DNA from: an uncultured Actinomycetes bacterium
GTDB taxonomy: Bacteria > Actinomycetota > Thermoleophilia > UBA2241
NCBI GenBank assembly: GCA_963755025.1
Contig: CAVWIH010000026.1
Span: 32,001 to 96,000 of the forward strand
DNA: 64,000 nucleotides
Direction: 5' to 3'
Part shown: piece by piece, positions 18,723-34,122 of the stretch
Numbering within the stretch: the stretch's first letter is position 1
Layout of the letters: every line of letters starts with the position of its first letter
Program-made: the position numbers and the translations under genes
Notes under the pieces: generated by a model
The model's database searches: none
What the model was told of the DNA's origin: nothing
Seen by the model: the letters and a program-made list of their open reading frames with translations, nothing else

Positions 18723-19073
18723 CTACTTCAGCCCGAGCGACACCTTGAGCGCCTGATCGACCGCCGCCATCGTGGGGCCGGACAGCGTTGCGAGCCTGTC
18801 TTCGAGCCAGGCGCTGGGCACTGTGCTGATGGTCTCGCAGTGGACGACGGCGGCCTGGCCGGGCTCGGCGGCCGCCAGCCTGACGAGGAAGGGGTAGTCG
18901 GGCCGCGGAGCGGTGGAGACGAGCGCCACGATGGTGCTCGGCGACGAACGGTTGCCGACGTCGTTCTGCACGATGAGCGCCGGACGGCGCCCCACGGGCG
19001 CCGGGAATGTGACCCAATAGACGTCGCCGCGCGCGGGCGCTGCCCGAGGCGCGGCCGGGGCGGCCGGAGTCAC
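18723..19073 (-). CDS. mazF: Type II TA toxin, MazF/PemK family endoribonuclease
   Basis: 'RGDVYWVTF..GRRPALIVQNDVGNRSSPSTIVA..VHCETISTV..MAAVDQALKVSLGL'. Confidence 0.9.
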   Translation of the reverse strand: MTPAAPAAPRAAPARGDVYWVTFPAPVGRRPALIVQNDVGNRSSPSTIVALVSTAPRPDYPFLVRLAAAEPGQAAVVHCETISTVPSAWLEDRLATLSGPTMAAVDQALKVSLGLK

Positions 19074-19155
19074 TCGAGGCCCACTCGCACGGGCGCGCCG
19101 TACGGGCGCGTGTCTGGTACGACGGGCGGGGCTTTGACCGGCGGAGCGGCCGGCA

Positions 19156-19398
19156 TCATTCGGGGAACGCTCGGACGGCGACGTTCGCGAGCGCCGCGAC
19201 GACGTCGAGCTGGCTGGCTCCGACGTCGGCGTAGCCCTGCGCCAGGCGTTCGGCCAGCAGATGGTCGCGCAACAGATCGAGAGCTTCGATCACGATCTGC
19301 GTTTTGCTTTCGTGGCGATCGGCGGCGAGCTGCGTGAGGAAGGCGTTGGCGGTGTCGGGCAGACGCACCTGCACCGGCGTGGTAGCGACACGAGACAT
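19156..19398 (-). CDS. Ribbon-helix-helix antitoxin (MazE/NdoAI-like)
   Basis: 80 aa directly upstream of mazF; RHH 'PVQVRLP..FLTQLAADRHESKTQIVIEALDLL' plus 'LAQGY' as in NdoAI-type antitoxins. Confidence 0.75.
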   Translation of the reverse strand: MSRVATTPVQVRLPDTANAFLTQLAADRHESKTQIVIEALDLLRDHLLAERLAQGYADVGASQLDVVAALANVAVRAFPE

Positions 19399-19646
19399 GA
19401 GCCGACTCCATTCTTCATGACCACAAGTATCAGTCGGCCGCGTGCCGCCTGCAAGCATTGTGCACCGCACGTCTGCATGTCTTCAACCATGCAAAGATGC
19501 TTGCGAGAAGCGGCGCGCGACGGGCGGGAGCGCTTGCACCAGGCCCCGTCACGACCGGCAGAACGGCCCCGACGCCCGATCGACGGCTCGGGCGAGCCCT
19601 TCTGTTAGATTCTGATAGAATCCGACACTCCCGATTTGGAGCGGTC

Positions 19647-20662
<1,016 letters not shown>

Positions 20663-20666
<4 letters not shown>

Positions 20667-22975
20667 GCGCCGCCGGCTGGCTGTTCGAGATCGGCGTCGA
20701 AGAGCTGCCCTACAAGACCTGTCAGTCGGTCCTTGCGCAGCTGCAGGGCAAGGCCACGGCCGAGTCGCCGGGCATGGTCTACGAGGCGCTCGCCGCCGCG
20801 CGCCTGCTGGGCGACGGCGGCGCGGCGGCCGACCGCGCCACCGACCCCGCCGGCTTCGCCGAGGCGCGCCTGAAGGTGATGATCGCGCCGCGGCGCATCG
20901 CCGTGTGGGTCAAGAACGTGCCGCGCGAGCAGACCGCCCAGACGCTGCGCCACCGCGGCCCACTCGCCAAGGTCGCCTTTGGCCCCGACGGCGCGCCGAC
21001 CAAGGCCGGCGAGGGCTTTGCCCGCGGCAAGGGCATCAAGCCCGGGCAGCTCGTGCGCGAGACGGTCGACGGCAACGAGTTCGTGGTCGCCGTGGTCGAA
21101 GCCGAGCGCCTGCCCGCCGAGCGCGTGCTGCCCGACATCTGCCGGCGCCTCATCACCGGCCTGCAGATCCCGCGCGGCATGCGCTGGGGCGCGCGCCCGG
21201 CCGGCGCCGACGACTACCTGCGCTTCTCGCGTCCCATCCGCTGGCTGGTCTGCATCTTCGCCGGCCAGCCCGTGCCCTTCGACTTTTACGACCTGCGCGC
21301 CGGCGCGGTCACGCAGGGCCACCGCGTGCTCGGCCGGCCGCTGATCGTCGACCACGCCAGCCACTACGAGCGCCACCTGCGCGAGCAGCACGTGATCGCC
21401 GACCATAACGAGCGCCGCCGCCTTATCGTCGAGGGCCTGCACGCGGCCGCCGGCCGGCTCGGCGGGCGCTGGTCCGACCCGGCCGGCGTGCTCGAAGAGA
21501 ACATCTACCTGGCCGAGTGGCCCAGCGTGCACTCCGGCGCCTTCGACGAGCGCCACCTGCGCCTGCCGAGCGAGGTCCTGATCACCGCCATGCAGGCCCA
21601 CCAGCGCTACTGCCCGGTCGAAGACGCGCCGGCGAGCTGCGCCCCGCCTTTCTCTACGTCTCCAACGCCGACCCGGCTGCCGCCGCGCTCATCACGCACG
21701 GCAACGAGCGCGTGCTCGAGGGCCGCCTGGCCGACGCCGAGTTCAGCTACGACCGCGACCTGGCCGAAGGGCTCGAGGCCATGGCCGGCCGCCTGGGCGA
21801 GGTCGTCTTTCACGCCAAGCTGGGCTCGCTCGCCGACAAGTCGGCGCGCATGGTGGCCCTCACGCAGTGGCTGGCCGGCGTGGTCACCGCGCGCGACGGC
21901 GGCCGGCCGCGCGCTCGCCGCAGCCGCCGACACCGCCGCCGCGGTCGCCGCGGCCGCCGACCAGGGCCTCACCGTGCGCGTCACCGACGAGCTCGCCGCC
22001 GCCGTGATCGCCGCCAAGTTCGCCAAGGCCGACCTGGTCAGCCAGGTCGTCATCGAGTTTCCCAGCCTGCAGGGCCGCGTGGGCGGCCACTACGCCGACA
22101 AGGCCGGCGCCGCGCCGGCCGTCGCTCAGGCGATCGCCGACCACTACCAGCCGCTCTCGGCCGTGGCGCCGCTGCCCGGCAGCCTGGCCGGCAGCCTGGT
22201 GGCCGTCGCCGACAAGATCGACAACATCGCGGGCGCCTGGCTGGCCGGCAACAAGCCGTCGGGCTCGCGCGACCCCTACGGCCTGCGGCGCGCCGCCATG
22301 GGCATCGTGCGCATCGCCTTAGAGCACGACCTGCGGGTCTCGCCGCGCACCCTTGCCGCGGCGGCCGTGCGCGTCTACGCGCAGCCCGCCGACGCGACCA
22401 AGGCGGTGCTGCCCTCGAAGGCGTCGGGCCCCGACCCCGAGGGCGCCATCGCGGCCTTCATCTGGGAGCGCCTCGAAGCGTTGCTGCTCGACGAAGGCCT
22501 GCCCTTCGCGCTGGTCGAAGCGGCGCTGGGCGCCGCCGCCCAGGGCGCCGACCTGTCGCGCGTGGCCGCGCTCGCGCGCACCTTCGCGCGCGTCGAACAC
22601 GAAGCGTTCTTCAACGACCTCGTGGTGGCCTTCTCGCGCCCGGCGGCCCTGGCCGCCAAAGCCGAGGCCGAGCCCGGCGGCGTGGCCGCCGCGCCCGACC
22701 CTGCGCTGTTCGCAGACGAGGCCGAGCACGCCCTGGCCGCCGCGCTCACCGAGGTGCGCGGCCCCATCGGCACGGCGCTGGCCGGCGGCGACATCGAGGC
22801 GGCGCTCTGCGCCGCCGCCGCCCTGCGCGCCCCGGTCGACCGCTACTTCGAGGCCGTCCTGGTCATGGACAACGACCCCGCCGTGCGCGCGAATCGACTC
22901 GCGCAGCTGCGGCAGGTAACCTTCCTGCTCGGCGGCCTCGGCGATCTCGCCCGGCTGCCCGTTCAGCAAAGTTGA
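20663..22975 (+). CDS. glyS: Glycine--tRNA ligase beta subunit (two compensating indels near 21630 and 21900)
   Basis: '[10 protein letters not shown]', '[13 protein letters not shown]', 'HQRY', '[15 protein letters not shown]' (alternate frame 21517..), '[17 protein letters not shown]', '[12 protein letters not shown]', 'VRANRLAQL'; ATGA overlap with glyQ. Confidence 0.95.
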
Positions 22976-23088
22976 CGAGCGTTCCGTCACAGTCGACGAA
23001 CGCCCGCGTATGAGAAGGCGAGCGCCTCGTCCCATCCGGCGCGCGCTCGCGTTGCACAAACACGAAAGGTGAACACTGCTTCCCAGGC

Positions 23089-23116
23089 GCAAGGCAAGCC
23101 GCGCCTGGGCCGATGA
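23089..23116 (+). promoter_or_regulatory. Possible sigma28-like promoter upstream of ppdK
   Basis: GCAA-N16-GCCGATGA about 60 nt before the start codon. Confidence 0.35.
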
Positions 23117-23174
23117 ATGCCGACGGGGAGAACGAGACAGCCCCGGGACCGTGGTGCTCCAGGAGGAAGAATCG

Positions 23175-25892
<2,718 letters not shown>

Positions 25893-25914
25893 GCCCAGAG
25901 AAGGGGACGGCGCG

Positions 25915-26580
25915 GTGGCCGGCACGAACGTGCTTTCCACGGCCGACGGCCGGACGCTGCTCGTGCGTCCGGGCGTGCGTACCGACGCGCGCGCCGTCCG
26001 CGACCTGATCGACGCGGTCGCGGCCGAGCCCGAGGTGCCGTTGCTCGCCACCCCGGGCAGCATCGCCCTGCACGACATACGGGGCCTCATAGTGAAGAGC
26101 GCGCACGACTCGCGCAGTCTCTTCCTGGTAGCCGAGGTTGCCGGCGTTCTCGCCGGCAACCTCGGCGGTTCCGGGGTCGGTTTTGCGCCTTCGGCCCACG
26201 TCTTCGAGTTCGGCATGTCGGTGGGCGCCGACTACCGCGGCGTGGGGGTGGGCGGCGCCCTGCTCGAAGCGGCCGTCGCCTGGGCGACCGAGCAGCGCTA
26301 CCTCAAGGTCGTGCTTTCGGCCTTTCCCCACAACACGCGGGCCATCGCCTTTTACGAACGTCACCGGTTCACGTTCGAGGGCCGCCGCGCCCGCCAGTTC
26401 CACCGCGGCGACCGCTACATCGACGAAGTCCTCATGGCGCGCCCGATCGGGGCGTGGGCGGCCGAGAGCGGCGGGGCCGGGGTCGGCGGAGGGCCCGCGG
26501 CCGAGCCCGGTGGCGAGCCCGCGGCCGAGACCGGCGGGCAGCTCTCCGAGCCCGGCGGCGAGCCTGCGGCCGGGGCTTGA
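25915..26580 (+). CDS. GNAT family N-acetyltransferase
   Basis: 'FGMSVGADYRGVGVGGALL..LSAFPHNTRAIAFYERHRF..DEVLMAR'. Confidence 0.85.
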   Translation: MAGTNVLSTADGRTLLVRPGVRTDARAVRDLIDAVAAEPEVPLLATPGSIALHDIRGLIVKSAHDSRSLFLVAEVAGVLAGNLGGSGVGFAPSAHVFEFGMSVGADYRGVGVGGALLEAAVAWATEQRYLKVVLSAFPHNTRAIAFYERHRFTFEGRRARQFHRGDRYIDEVLMARPIGAWAAESGGAGVGGGPAAEPGGEPAAETGGQLSEPGGEPAAGA

Positions 26581-26582
26581 CC

Positions 26583-27134
26583 GTGAAACGCTACGGACGA
26601 GTCCTGGTGCCCATCGGCTGGCTCATCCTCATGCCGCTGCCGGCTCTCGCCTTCTACTGGCTGGGGCTGATCAAGATCAGCCGGGCCCACGGCACGCTCA
26701 TCTCGCACGGTGCCCTGCACGACACCACCGCGCCGGGGGTATGGGCGGGGCTTGCCGTCGTGTATCTTGTGTGGATCGTGGCCCTCACGGTGGCCAGCAT
26801 CTGGACGCTCGACCACCTCGGTTACCACTATCAGGCGTACGACCGGCCCAAGCGCCCCACGCGTCGCCAGCGGCGCCGCCAGCGAGCCGGCCTGCGCTAC
26901 CAGGCGGCGCGCCAGCAGGCCAACCGCGACGCGCTCGCCGAGATCGCGCGCGAGTCGCGCAAGGCGGCTCGCCAGGTCGACGACGAGGGAGCCGGGCAGG
27001 GCGGCGGCGCGCCGAACGTGCAGGGCGGCGGCGCCGCAGGCGCCGCCGACGGTGCGAGCGACGGTCCCGGCCACGACGCCGCCGAGAAACGCGGCCACGA
27101 CGCCGCCGACGAAGGCGGCCACGAAAGGAAGTAG
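26583..27134 (+). CDS. Hypothetical membrane protein
   Basis: GTG 26583; two TM helices followed by a basic/low-complexity tail. Confidence 0.6.
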   Translation: MKRYGRVLVPIGWLILMPLPALAFYWLGLIKISRAHGTLISHGALHDTTAPGVWAGLAVVYLVWIVALTVASIWTLDHLGYHYQAYDRPKRPTRRQRRRQRAGLRYQAARQQANRDALAEIARESRKAARQVDDEGAGQGGGAPNVQGGGAAGAADGASDGPGHDAAEKRGHDAADEGGHERK

Positions 27135-27136
27135 TC

Positions 27137-28978
27137 CTGGCGCGCATCGTCAAAGCCAGCATCGAACGGGTCGTGGCCACCGCCGACATGCTCGAGGTGG
27201 TCGGCCAGTACACCCAGCTAAAGAAGGCCGGCGCCAACTACATGGGGCGCTGCCCGTTCCACGACGAAAAGACGGGCTCGTTCTCGGTCAACCCGGTCGA
27301 GAAGCTCTACTACTGCTTCGGCTGCGGCGAGGGCGGCGACCTGCTCTCGTTCGTGCAGAAGAAGGAGAACCTCGACTTCGCCCAGGCGGTCGAAGCCCTG
27401 GCCGACCGCTTCGGCGTGCAGCTCGACTACGAAGAGTCGAGCGGCCGCATCGACGCCGACCGCAAGCGCCGCGATCGTCTCATCCGCCTGCTCGACCTTA
27501 CGCGCGTCTACTACGAACGCGTGCTGTGGGAGGCGCGGGCGGCGCAAGCCGCCCGCGCCTACCTGGCCGCGCGCGGCCTGGGCGAAGAGGTCTGTCGCGA
27601 GTTCCAGCTGGGGTTCTCGATGGCGGGCTGGGCCAACCTGCGCGACTCCGCCGCCAAAAAAGGCTTCAGCGAGCGCGAGCTCATCGACGCCGGCCTTGTC
27701 GTGCCGGGCAAGAAGGGCGGCGTCTACGACCGCTTTCGCGGGCGCCTCATGTTCCCGCTCTCCGACGAGCGCGGCCGCGTGCTGGGCTTTGGCGCACGCA
27801 CGCTGGGCGACGACAAGCCCAAGTACCTGAACTCGCCCGAGACCGCGCTCTACCACAAAAGCGAGGCCCTCTTTGGCCTCGACCGCGCCAAGGCGAGCGC
27901 CGCCAAGCTCGATCGCCTGTTCGTGGTCGAGGGCTACACCGACGTCATCGCCCTGGTGCAGGCCGGCGTGACCAACGTGGTCGCCTCGATGGGCACGGCC
28001 TTCACCGAGGAGCAGCTCAAGCGCCTCACGCGCCACACGCGCAACCTCTTTCTGTGCTTCGACGCCGACGCCGCCGGCCTGGGGGCCATGAACCGTGCCC
28101 TCGAGCTCGCCCGGCGCCTCGGCGCGACCATGCACGTGGTGCGCATTCCCGACGGCTTAGACCCCGCCGACTACGTGCTCGCCGGCAACGACGGCGAGGC
28201 GTTCGGGGCGCTTGCCGCTCGAGCGCAGACTCTGCTACAGTTCCAAACTCACACCGTGCTTGCTTCTCACGACCTTCAGACCGTGGACGGTCGTATGCGG
28301 GCATTTGCCGTCTTGCGGGGCATCCTCGCACAGGCGGCCGGCCCCCTCGAGCGTGACGAAGAGGTCCGGTACGTCGCCGACAGGCTGCAGCTGAGCGAAG
28401 ACAACGTCAGGTTCTTGCTCAGCGACGAAGCGGCCTCCGCCGGCGCGCGGCGCGCGGCCCTCATGGGTGGCGCGACGGGCGGCGGGGCGCGACCGCGTCC
28501 CGAGACCCGTCGCTCAGCCGAGGAGCGCGTCCTGATGGGCACGCACGAGCTCGAGGTGAGTTTCCTCGCCGCCTGCCTGGCGTTGCCCGACCCGGGGCGC
28601 GACTATCTCCTCGCCATCGACGAGGGCTTCTTCTCAAGCGAGCCGTCGCGAGGGGCTTACCGCACCGTCGCTGCGCGGTTAAGCCCCCAAGCTGCAGGGA
28701 AAAAGAGCCAAGGGCACGGGAAGGTGAGAGACGGGGACGCCGCCGACGACGGCACTGTGGCAGCCGTCGTGGTGAGGGCGGCGGGCGAGTCGTTTTCGCC
28801 GGTCGTCTTACAGGAGCTGTTTCTGAGGGTGCAGGAGGCCCAGGTCGGTCGCCTCATCGCGAAACTCAAGGCGACCGTCTCGCATGACGACTCTGAGGAA
28901 GAGGCCAGGCTGATCGAGCTCGAAAGCATGCGCCGCCAGATCCGCGAGGAGCTGCGCGGCCTGCCCGTCGAGGCGTGA
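27137..28978 (+). CDS. dnaG: DNA primase (probable CTG start)
   Basis: CHC2 zinc finger 'CPFHDEKTGSFSV..YYCFGCG', 'YDRFRGRLMFP..PKYLNSPET', TOPRIM 'VEGYTDVI..CFDADAAG..DPAD'; AAAGGA RBS 7 nt before CTG-GCG-CGC-ATC. Confidence 0.96.
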   Translation: MARIVKASIERVVATADMLEVVGQYTQLKKAGANYMGRCPFHDEKTGSFSVNPVEKLYYCFGCGEGGDLLSFVQKKENLDFAQAVEALADRFGVQLDYEESSGRIDADRKRRDRLIRLLDLTRVYYERVLWEARAAQAARAYLAARGLGEEVCREFQLGFSMAGWANLRDSAAKKGFSERELIDAGLVVPGKKGGVYDRFRGRLMFPLSDERGRVLGFGARTLGDDKPKYLNSPETALYHKSEALFGLDRAKASAAKLDRLFVVEGYTDVIALVQAGVTNVVASMGTAFTEEQLKRLTRHTRNLFLCFDADAAGLGAMNRALELARRLGATMHVVRIPDGLDPADYVLAGNDGEAFGALAARAQTLLQFQTHTVLASHDLQTVDGRMRAFAVLRGILAQAAGPLERDEEVRYVADRLQLSEDNVRFLLSDEAASAGARRAALMGGATGGGARPRPETRRSAEERVLMGTHELEVSFLAACLALPDPGRDYLLAIDEGFFSSEPSRGAYRTVAARLSPQAAGKKSQGHGKVRDGDAADDGTVAAVVVRAAGESFSPVVLQELFLRVQEAQVGRLIAKLKATVSHDDSEEEARLIELESMRRQIREELRGLPVEA

Positions 28979-29067
28979 GCGCGAGAGCTCAGGTCGCAGG
29001 CCACGACCGCACACCGCAGGCAGGATCGCCCGGCCGCACACGAGGTTAGAAGGCAGTGAGGAGAACG

Positions 29068-30186
<1,119 letters not shown>

Positions 30187-30321
30187 TGCGGCGCGCGCCG
30201 ACCGATCGCCAGCCGGCTCGCGACGGGCGCACCGCTCGCCGAAGCCGACGACCGCACGCCGAGGCCAGACCGCACCCCTAGGCCAGAACGCTCACCCAGA
30301 CCTACCAAAGGACACACCCGC

Positions 30322-30729
30322 ATGAGCGACTCCGCCGTCACCGGCGCAAGCGAACCTACGCCGGGCGTCGAAGTACCAGTACGCGGTGGCATCTCAGGCA
30401 CGGTGGTCAGGGTGCGGCTCGGGGTGGTCCTCGGGTTCGTCGCCCTGATCGTGGCGTTCGCGCTGCTCGCCGTCGTGATCTCGGGCGAGCATCTGTGGTG
30501 GGGCGTGCCGCTCGCCGTCGTGGCCCTCGCCGTCTCGGGCTACGCCGCCTTTCTGGGTATCTACGGCGTGATCCGCTACGGCCTGTTCACCGAGGGCAAC
30601 ACGGGCAGCGAGGTCGCCGGCGAGCTGCACCTGTCAAAGATCGCCTGGACCGCCGGCATCGTCTCCGAGATCGCCCTGCTGCTCACGGTGGCCCTGTGCG
30701 TGGCGCTCATCGTGAGGGCAGTGGGCTAA
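30322..30729 (+). CDS. Hypothetical membrane protein
   Basis: AAAGGA RBS; three hydrophobic helices. Confidence 0.65.
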   Translation: MSDSAVTGASEPTPGVEVPVRGGISGTVVRVRLGVVLGFVALIVAFALLAVVISGEHLWWGVPLAVVALAVSGYAAFLGIYGVIRYGLFTEGNTGSEVAGELHLSKIAWTAGIVSEIALLLTVALCVALIVRAVG

Positions 30730-30842
30730 AGGCCCCGCCCTGCGGCGCAAAGGCGCCGCCTCGCGGCTGCCCTTGGGCCGCCGCGCTTGCGAGCTGCGGC
30801 TCGGCCGCGTCGCGGCTACGGCTCGCGGCCGCGGGCGCACGT

Positions 30843-30871
30843 TTGAGCGACAGGCTGGCGTGGCCTATACT
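30843..30871 (+). promoter_or_regulatory. SigA-type promoter of the tRNA
   Basis: TTGAGC-N17-TATACT, 18 nt upstream of the tRNA. Confidence 0.6.
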
Positions 30872-30889
30872 TCGTCGGCCGGAGCCCGT

Positions 30890-30965
<76 letters not shown>

Positions 30966-30976
30966 AATTTTGCAGG

Positions 30977-31033
30977 AGTCCCCGCAAGCGGGGAGCGTCG
31001 GCCCAAGGCCGACGCCGCTTGCGGGGACTTTTT
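30977..31033 (+). terminator. Intrinsic terminator after the tRNA
   Basis: AGTCCCCGCAAGCGG...CCGCTTGCGGGGACT followed by a T-run. Confidence 0.75.
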
Positions 31034-31197
31034 GCGCTCCGGTCGTATTCCGACTCCTCAGGCGTCCCGCGCGACGATAGGGCCGCCCGCGGGCGCCGGC
31101 TGGCGACGCGCTGAGGTCGTCGCTGCAGATCCCACCAATGAGCTTCGTCTTGCCGCCACGCGCGGACTGCCGATGGCCGGAGGCGGCCACGTCGTTG

Positions 31198-31938
31198 CTA
31201 TGGGGACGGCGGCGCTTCGAATCTCGTCGTCAGTGACGTAGCCGCCATGGCCGCGACGAGCCTGTCGTAGTCGTACGGCACGCGCACGAATTCGGCCAAC
31301 GTCTCGCCCGTTTCGAGCCTCTCAGGTTGCACGATGGCATAACACACACGCCAGTCACCGTCCTTGGGCCTCCCGCCGCTGCCCACATTGACGAAGGCCG
31401 TGCCGTCGACCTCGCGGACGTAGGGGATGTGGGTGTGGCCAAAGATGATCGCCCGATACGGGTTCGCCGCAGCCAGGCGGGCAAGGCTGGTCTGCGGGCG
31501 ATCCTCGAAGAGGTACTCGTTGATACGCCGCGGGCTGCCATGCACGGCGAGCAGCTCGCCGGCGGGCGTCTCCAGCACGAAACGATCCACGAGGGTGCGC
31601 AGGTAGGCGCGCGTCTCGGGGTTCGTCGTCTGCTCGGTCCAGGCGAGCGAAGCGGCGCCCTCGGCGCGCTGCTCGTCGGTCTTATAGGCGCAGCCGCAGT
31701 CGCCGGTCTCGAAACCGATGCCCTGGTCGTAGTTGCCCATCACGGTGGGGATGGCGCGATCGCGCACCAGTTGGGCGACCTCGTTGGGAGAGGGACCGTA
31801 GCCCACGAGGTCGCCGAGGCAGAGCACGTCGGGCACACCTCGTCGATCGACATCGGCGAGGATGGCCTCGAGGCCGGGGAGGTTGCCGTGCACGTCGGAG
31901 AACACCGCGATCGGCCCGTTCATCGTCAGTCGCTTCAT
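31198..31938 (-). CDS. Metallophosphoesterase (YfcE/calcineurin-like), ars-cluster associated
   Basis: 'SDVHGN..CLGDLVGYG..MGNYD..HGSP..GHTH..NVGSGGRPKDGD'; CGC motif. Confidence 0.9.
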   Translation of the reverse strand: MKRLTMNGPIAVFSDVHGNLPGLEAILADVDRRGVPDVLCLGDLVGYGPSPNEVAQLVRDRAIPTVMGNYDQGIGFETGDCGCAYKTDEQRAEGAASLAWTEQTTNPETRAYLRTLVDRFVLETPAGELLAVHGSPRRINEYLFEDRPQTSLARLAAANPYRAIIFGHTHIPYVREVDGTAFVNVGSGGRPKDGDWRVCYAIVQPERLETGETLAEFVRVPYDYDRLVAAMAATSLTTRFEAPPSP

Positions 31939-31945
31939 GGCACAC

Positions 31946-32381
31946 TCACCGCGCGGCCAGCTCGTCGAGCCATTCGCGGATACGCATCTCGATGGCGTCG
32001 CGGACCTCACGATAGACCGGCAGACGTTCGTCGTGGTCGCCCTGGACGGCGTCCGGATCGGCAAACGGCCAGTGCAGCCGCGTCCCCATCCCGGGGAACG
32101 TCTTGGGACACTCGCGGTTGGCGCGCTCGCAGACCGTGATCACATAAGCCGAAGTGGAGCTTGCCGAGGTACTCGGCGAGGTCCTTGGCGCGCGCGCCGC
32201 TAATGTCGATGCCGCGCTCGGCCATGGCCTCGATGGCGAGGGGGTCGACGGTGGTCGCCTCGAGGCCGGCGCTGAACGCCTCGAAGCGATCGGGCGCCAG
32301 CTCACGCAGGAACGCCTCGGCCATCTGACTGCGGCAACTGTTGTGGACGCACATGAACAGCACCCTGGTCTTGTTGTCCAA
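31946..32381 (-). CDS. arsC: Thioredoxin-dependent arsenate reductase (LMW-PTP fold); one frameshift near 32147
   Basis: P-loop 'CVHNSCRSQMAE', 'VITVCERANREC' resolving cysteines, 'HWPFADP..VRDAI'; split across ORFs 32007..32381 and 31946..32452. Confidence 0.88.
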
Positions 32382-32449
32382 GACCGCCTCCTCCTCGACG
32401 AGTCGATGTCGCAGACTACCCGGCTTGTGTCAGGAAACGATGAGCTCGC

Positions 32450-32496
32450 CAATCATAAACGCACGTTGACCATAAAGCGAAGTGTATGCGATAATC
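32450..32496 (+). promoter_or_regulatory. SigA-like promoter with probable ArsR operator for acr3-arsR-hgcAB
   Basis: TTGACC(32466)-N18-GATAAT with extended TG; AT-rich imperfect inverted repeat CATA-N10-TATG in the spacer. Confidence 0.5.
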
Positions 32497-32536
32497 AGGG
32501 ACGCCAAACCGCTTGGATCTCGGGAGAAGACACCGC

Positions 32537-33727
32537 ATGGTGACCATAGCCAAGAAGCGCCTCTCGTTCCTCGACCGCTACCTGACGGCCTGGATCTTCC
32601 TGGCCATGGCGATCGGCGTGTTTTTGGGCTGGGCCTTTGCCGGCGTGCCCGCCTTCATCGACCGCTTCAACTCGGGCACGACCAACATCCCCATCGCCAT
32701 CGGTCTGATCGTCATGATGTATCCGCCGCTTGCCCGGGTGCGCTACGAGGAGCTCGGCGACGTCTTTCGCGACTACCGCATCCTTGGTCTCTCGCTCGTG
32801 CAGAACTGGGTGATCGGCCCGTTCCTCATGTTCTTCCTGGCGATCATCTTTCTGCACAGCTACCCGCAGTACATGGTCGGTCTCATCATGATCGGCTTGG
32901 CGCGCTGCATCGCCATGGTCATCGTCTGGAACCAGCTCGCCGACGGCGACACCGAGTACGCCGCCGGACTGGTGGCCTTCAACGCCGTCTTCCAGGTGCT
33001 CTTCTACAGCCTCTTCGCCTGGGTCTTCGTGACTAAACTGCCGCCGCTGTTCGGCTTGCACGGCGCGGCGGTCGACGTCTCGATCGGCCAGATCGCAAAG
33101 AGCGTCTTCATCTACCTCGGCATCCCGTTCCTGGCCGGTATGCTGACGCGCTACCTCGGGCTCAAGTACAAGGGCCGTGAGTGGTACGAGAAGACGTTCA
33201 TCCCGCGCATCAGCCCGCTGACACTGATCGCCCTGCTGTTCACGATCGTCGTCATGTTCAGCCTTAAGGGGCATCTCATCGTCAAACTGCCGCTCGACGT
33301 CGTGCGCATCGCCATCCCCCTGCTCATCTACTTCGTCGTCATGTTCTTCGTGAGCTTCTACCTGGGCCGCAAGATCGGCGCCGACTACTCGAAGACCGCG
33401 ACGTTGTCGTTCACGGCGGCCAGCAACAACTTCGAGCTGGCGATCGCCGTGAGTATCGCCGTGTTCGGCATCGGTTCGGGGGTGGCCTTCGCGGCCGTCA
33501 TCGGGCCCCTCGTCGAGGTGCCGGTGATGATCGGCCTGGTCAACGTGGCACTATGGATGGGGCGCAGGTACTGGGGCCTGAGCGATCAGCCCCTGCCGGC
33601 CGCGCTCGCGGCCGCACGCGACGAGGTCGCCTGCGAGCCCCAGAAAGAACACGATCGCCCTGGCGTGCAGGCGGCCACAGATGCGCCCGCACAGCCTCGG
33701 CCTACAGCTAACCCGGAGGCAAGATGA
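32537..33727 (+). CDS. acr3: ACR3 family arsenite efflux transporter
   Basis: '[69 protein letters not shown]'. Confidence 0.96.
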   Translation: MVTIAKKRLSFLDRYLTAWIFLAMAIGVFLGWAFAGVPAFIDRFNSGTTNIPIAIGLIVMMYPPLARVRYEELGDVFRDYRILGLSLVQNWVIGPFLMFFLAIIFLHSYPQYMVGLIMIGLARCIAMVIVWNQLADGDTEYAAGLVAFNAVFQVLFYSLFAWVFVTKLPPLFGLHGAAVDVSIGQIAKSVFIYLGIPFLAGMLTRYLGLKYKGREWYEKTFIPRISPLTLIALLFTIVVMFSLKGHLIVKLPLDVVRIAIPLLIYFVVMFFVSFYLGRKIGADYSKTATLSFTAASNNFELAIAVSIAVFGIGSGVAFAAVIGPLVEVPVMIGLVNVALWMGRRYWGLSDQPLPAALAAARDEVACEPQKEHDRPGVQAATDAPAQPRPTANPEAR

Positions 33728-34122
33728 ACGTCGTCAAGAACGTTGTCAAAGAGCCCGCGACGCCCGACAGCCTTGTCGATGTGGTGCCGTTCTTCAAGGT
33801 GTTCTGCCACCCGACGCGCGCCCAGATCATCGACTTCCTGCTGAGCGGCGAACGCTGCGTCTGTGAGATGACCGGGCCGCTCGACCAGAGCCAGCCCCTG
33901 GTCTCGCACCACCTCGCCCTGCTGCGCGACGCCGGCATCGTGCGCATGCGCAGCGAGGGCGCGCGTACCTACTACTCCATCGACTGGGAGCGGTTCGACG
34001 GCGAGCTCAAGGGCTTCCTCGACTACGTCGCGCAGCGGCGCAGCGCGCCGCACCCCGCGAGCGAGACCCGCAGCGCCTGCGCGGTCGCCGCCAAGCCGGC
34101 GAAAAGGCGCAACGCCTCATGA
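33724..34122 (+). CDS. arsR: ArsR/SmtB family metalloregulator
   Basis: '[44 protein letters not shown]'; CVC As(III)-type site; ATGA overlap with the acr3 stop. Confidence 0.92.
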   Translation: MNVVKNVVKEPATPDSLVDVVPFFKVFCHPTRAQIIDFLLSGERCVCEMTGPLDQSQPLVSHHLALLRDAGIVRMRSEGARTYYSIDWERFDGELKGFLDYVAQRRSAPHPASETRSACAVAAKPAKRRNAS

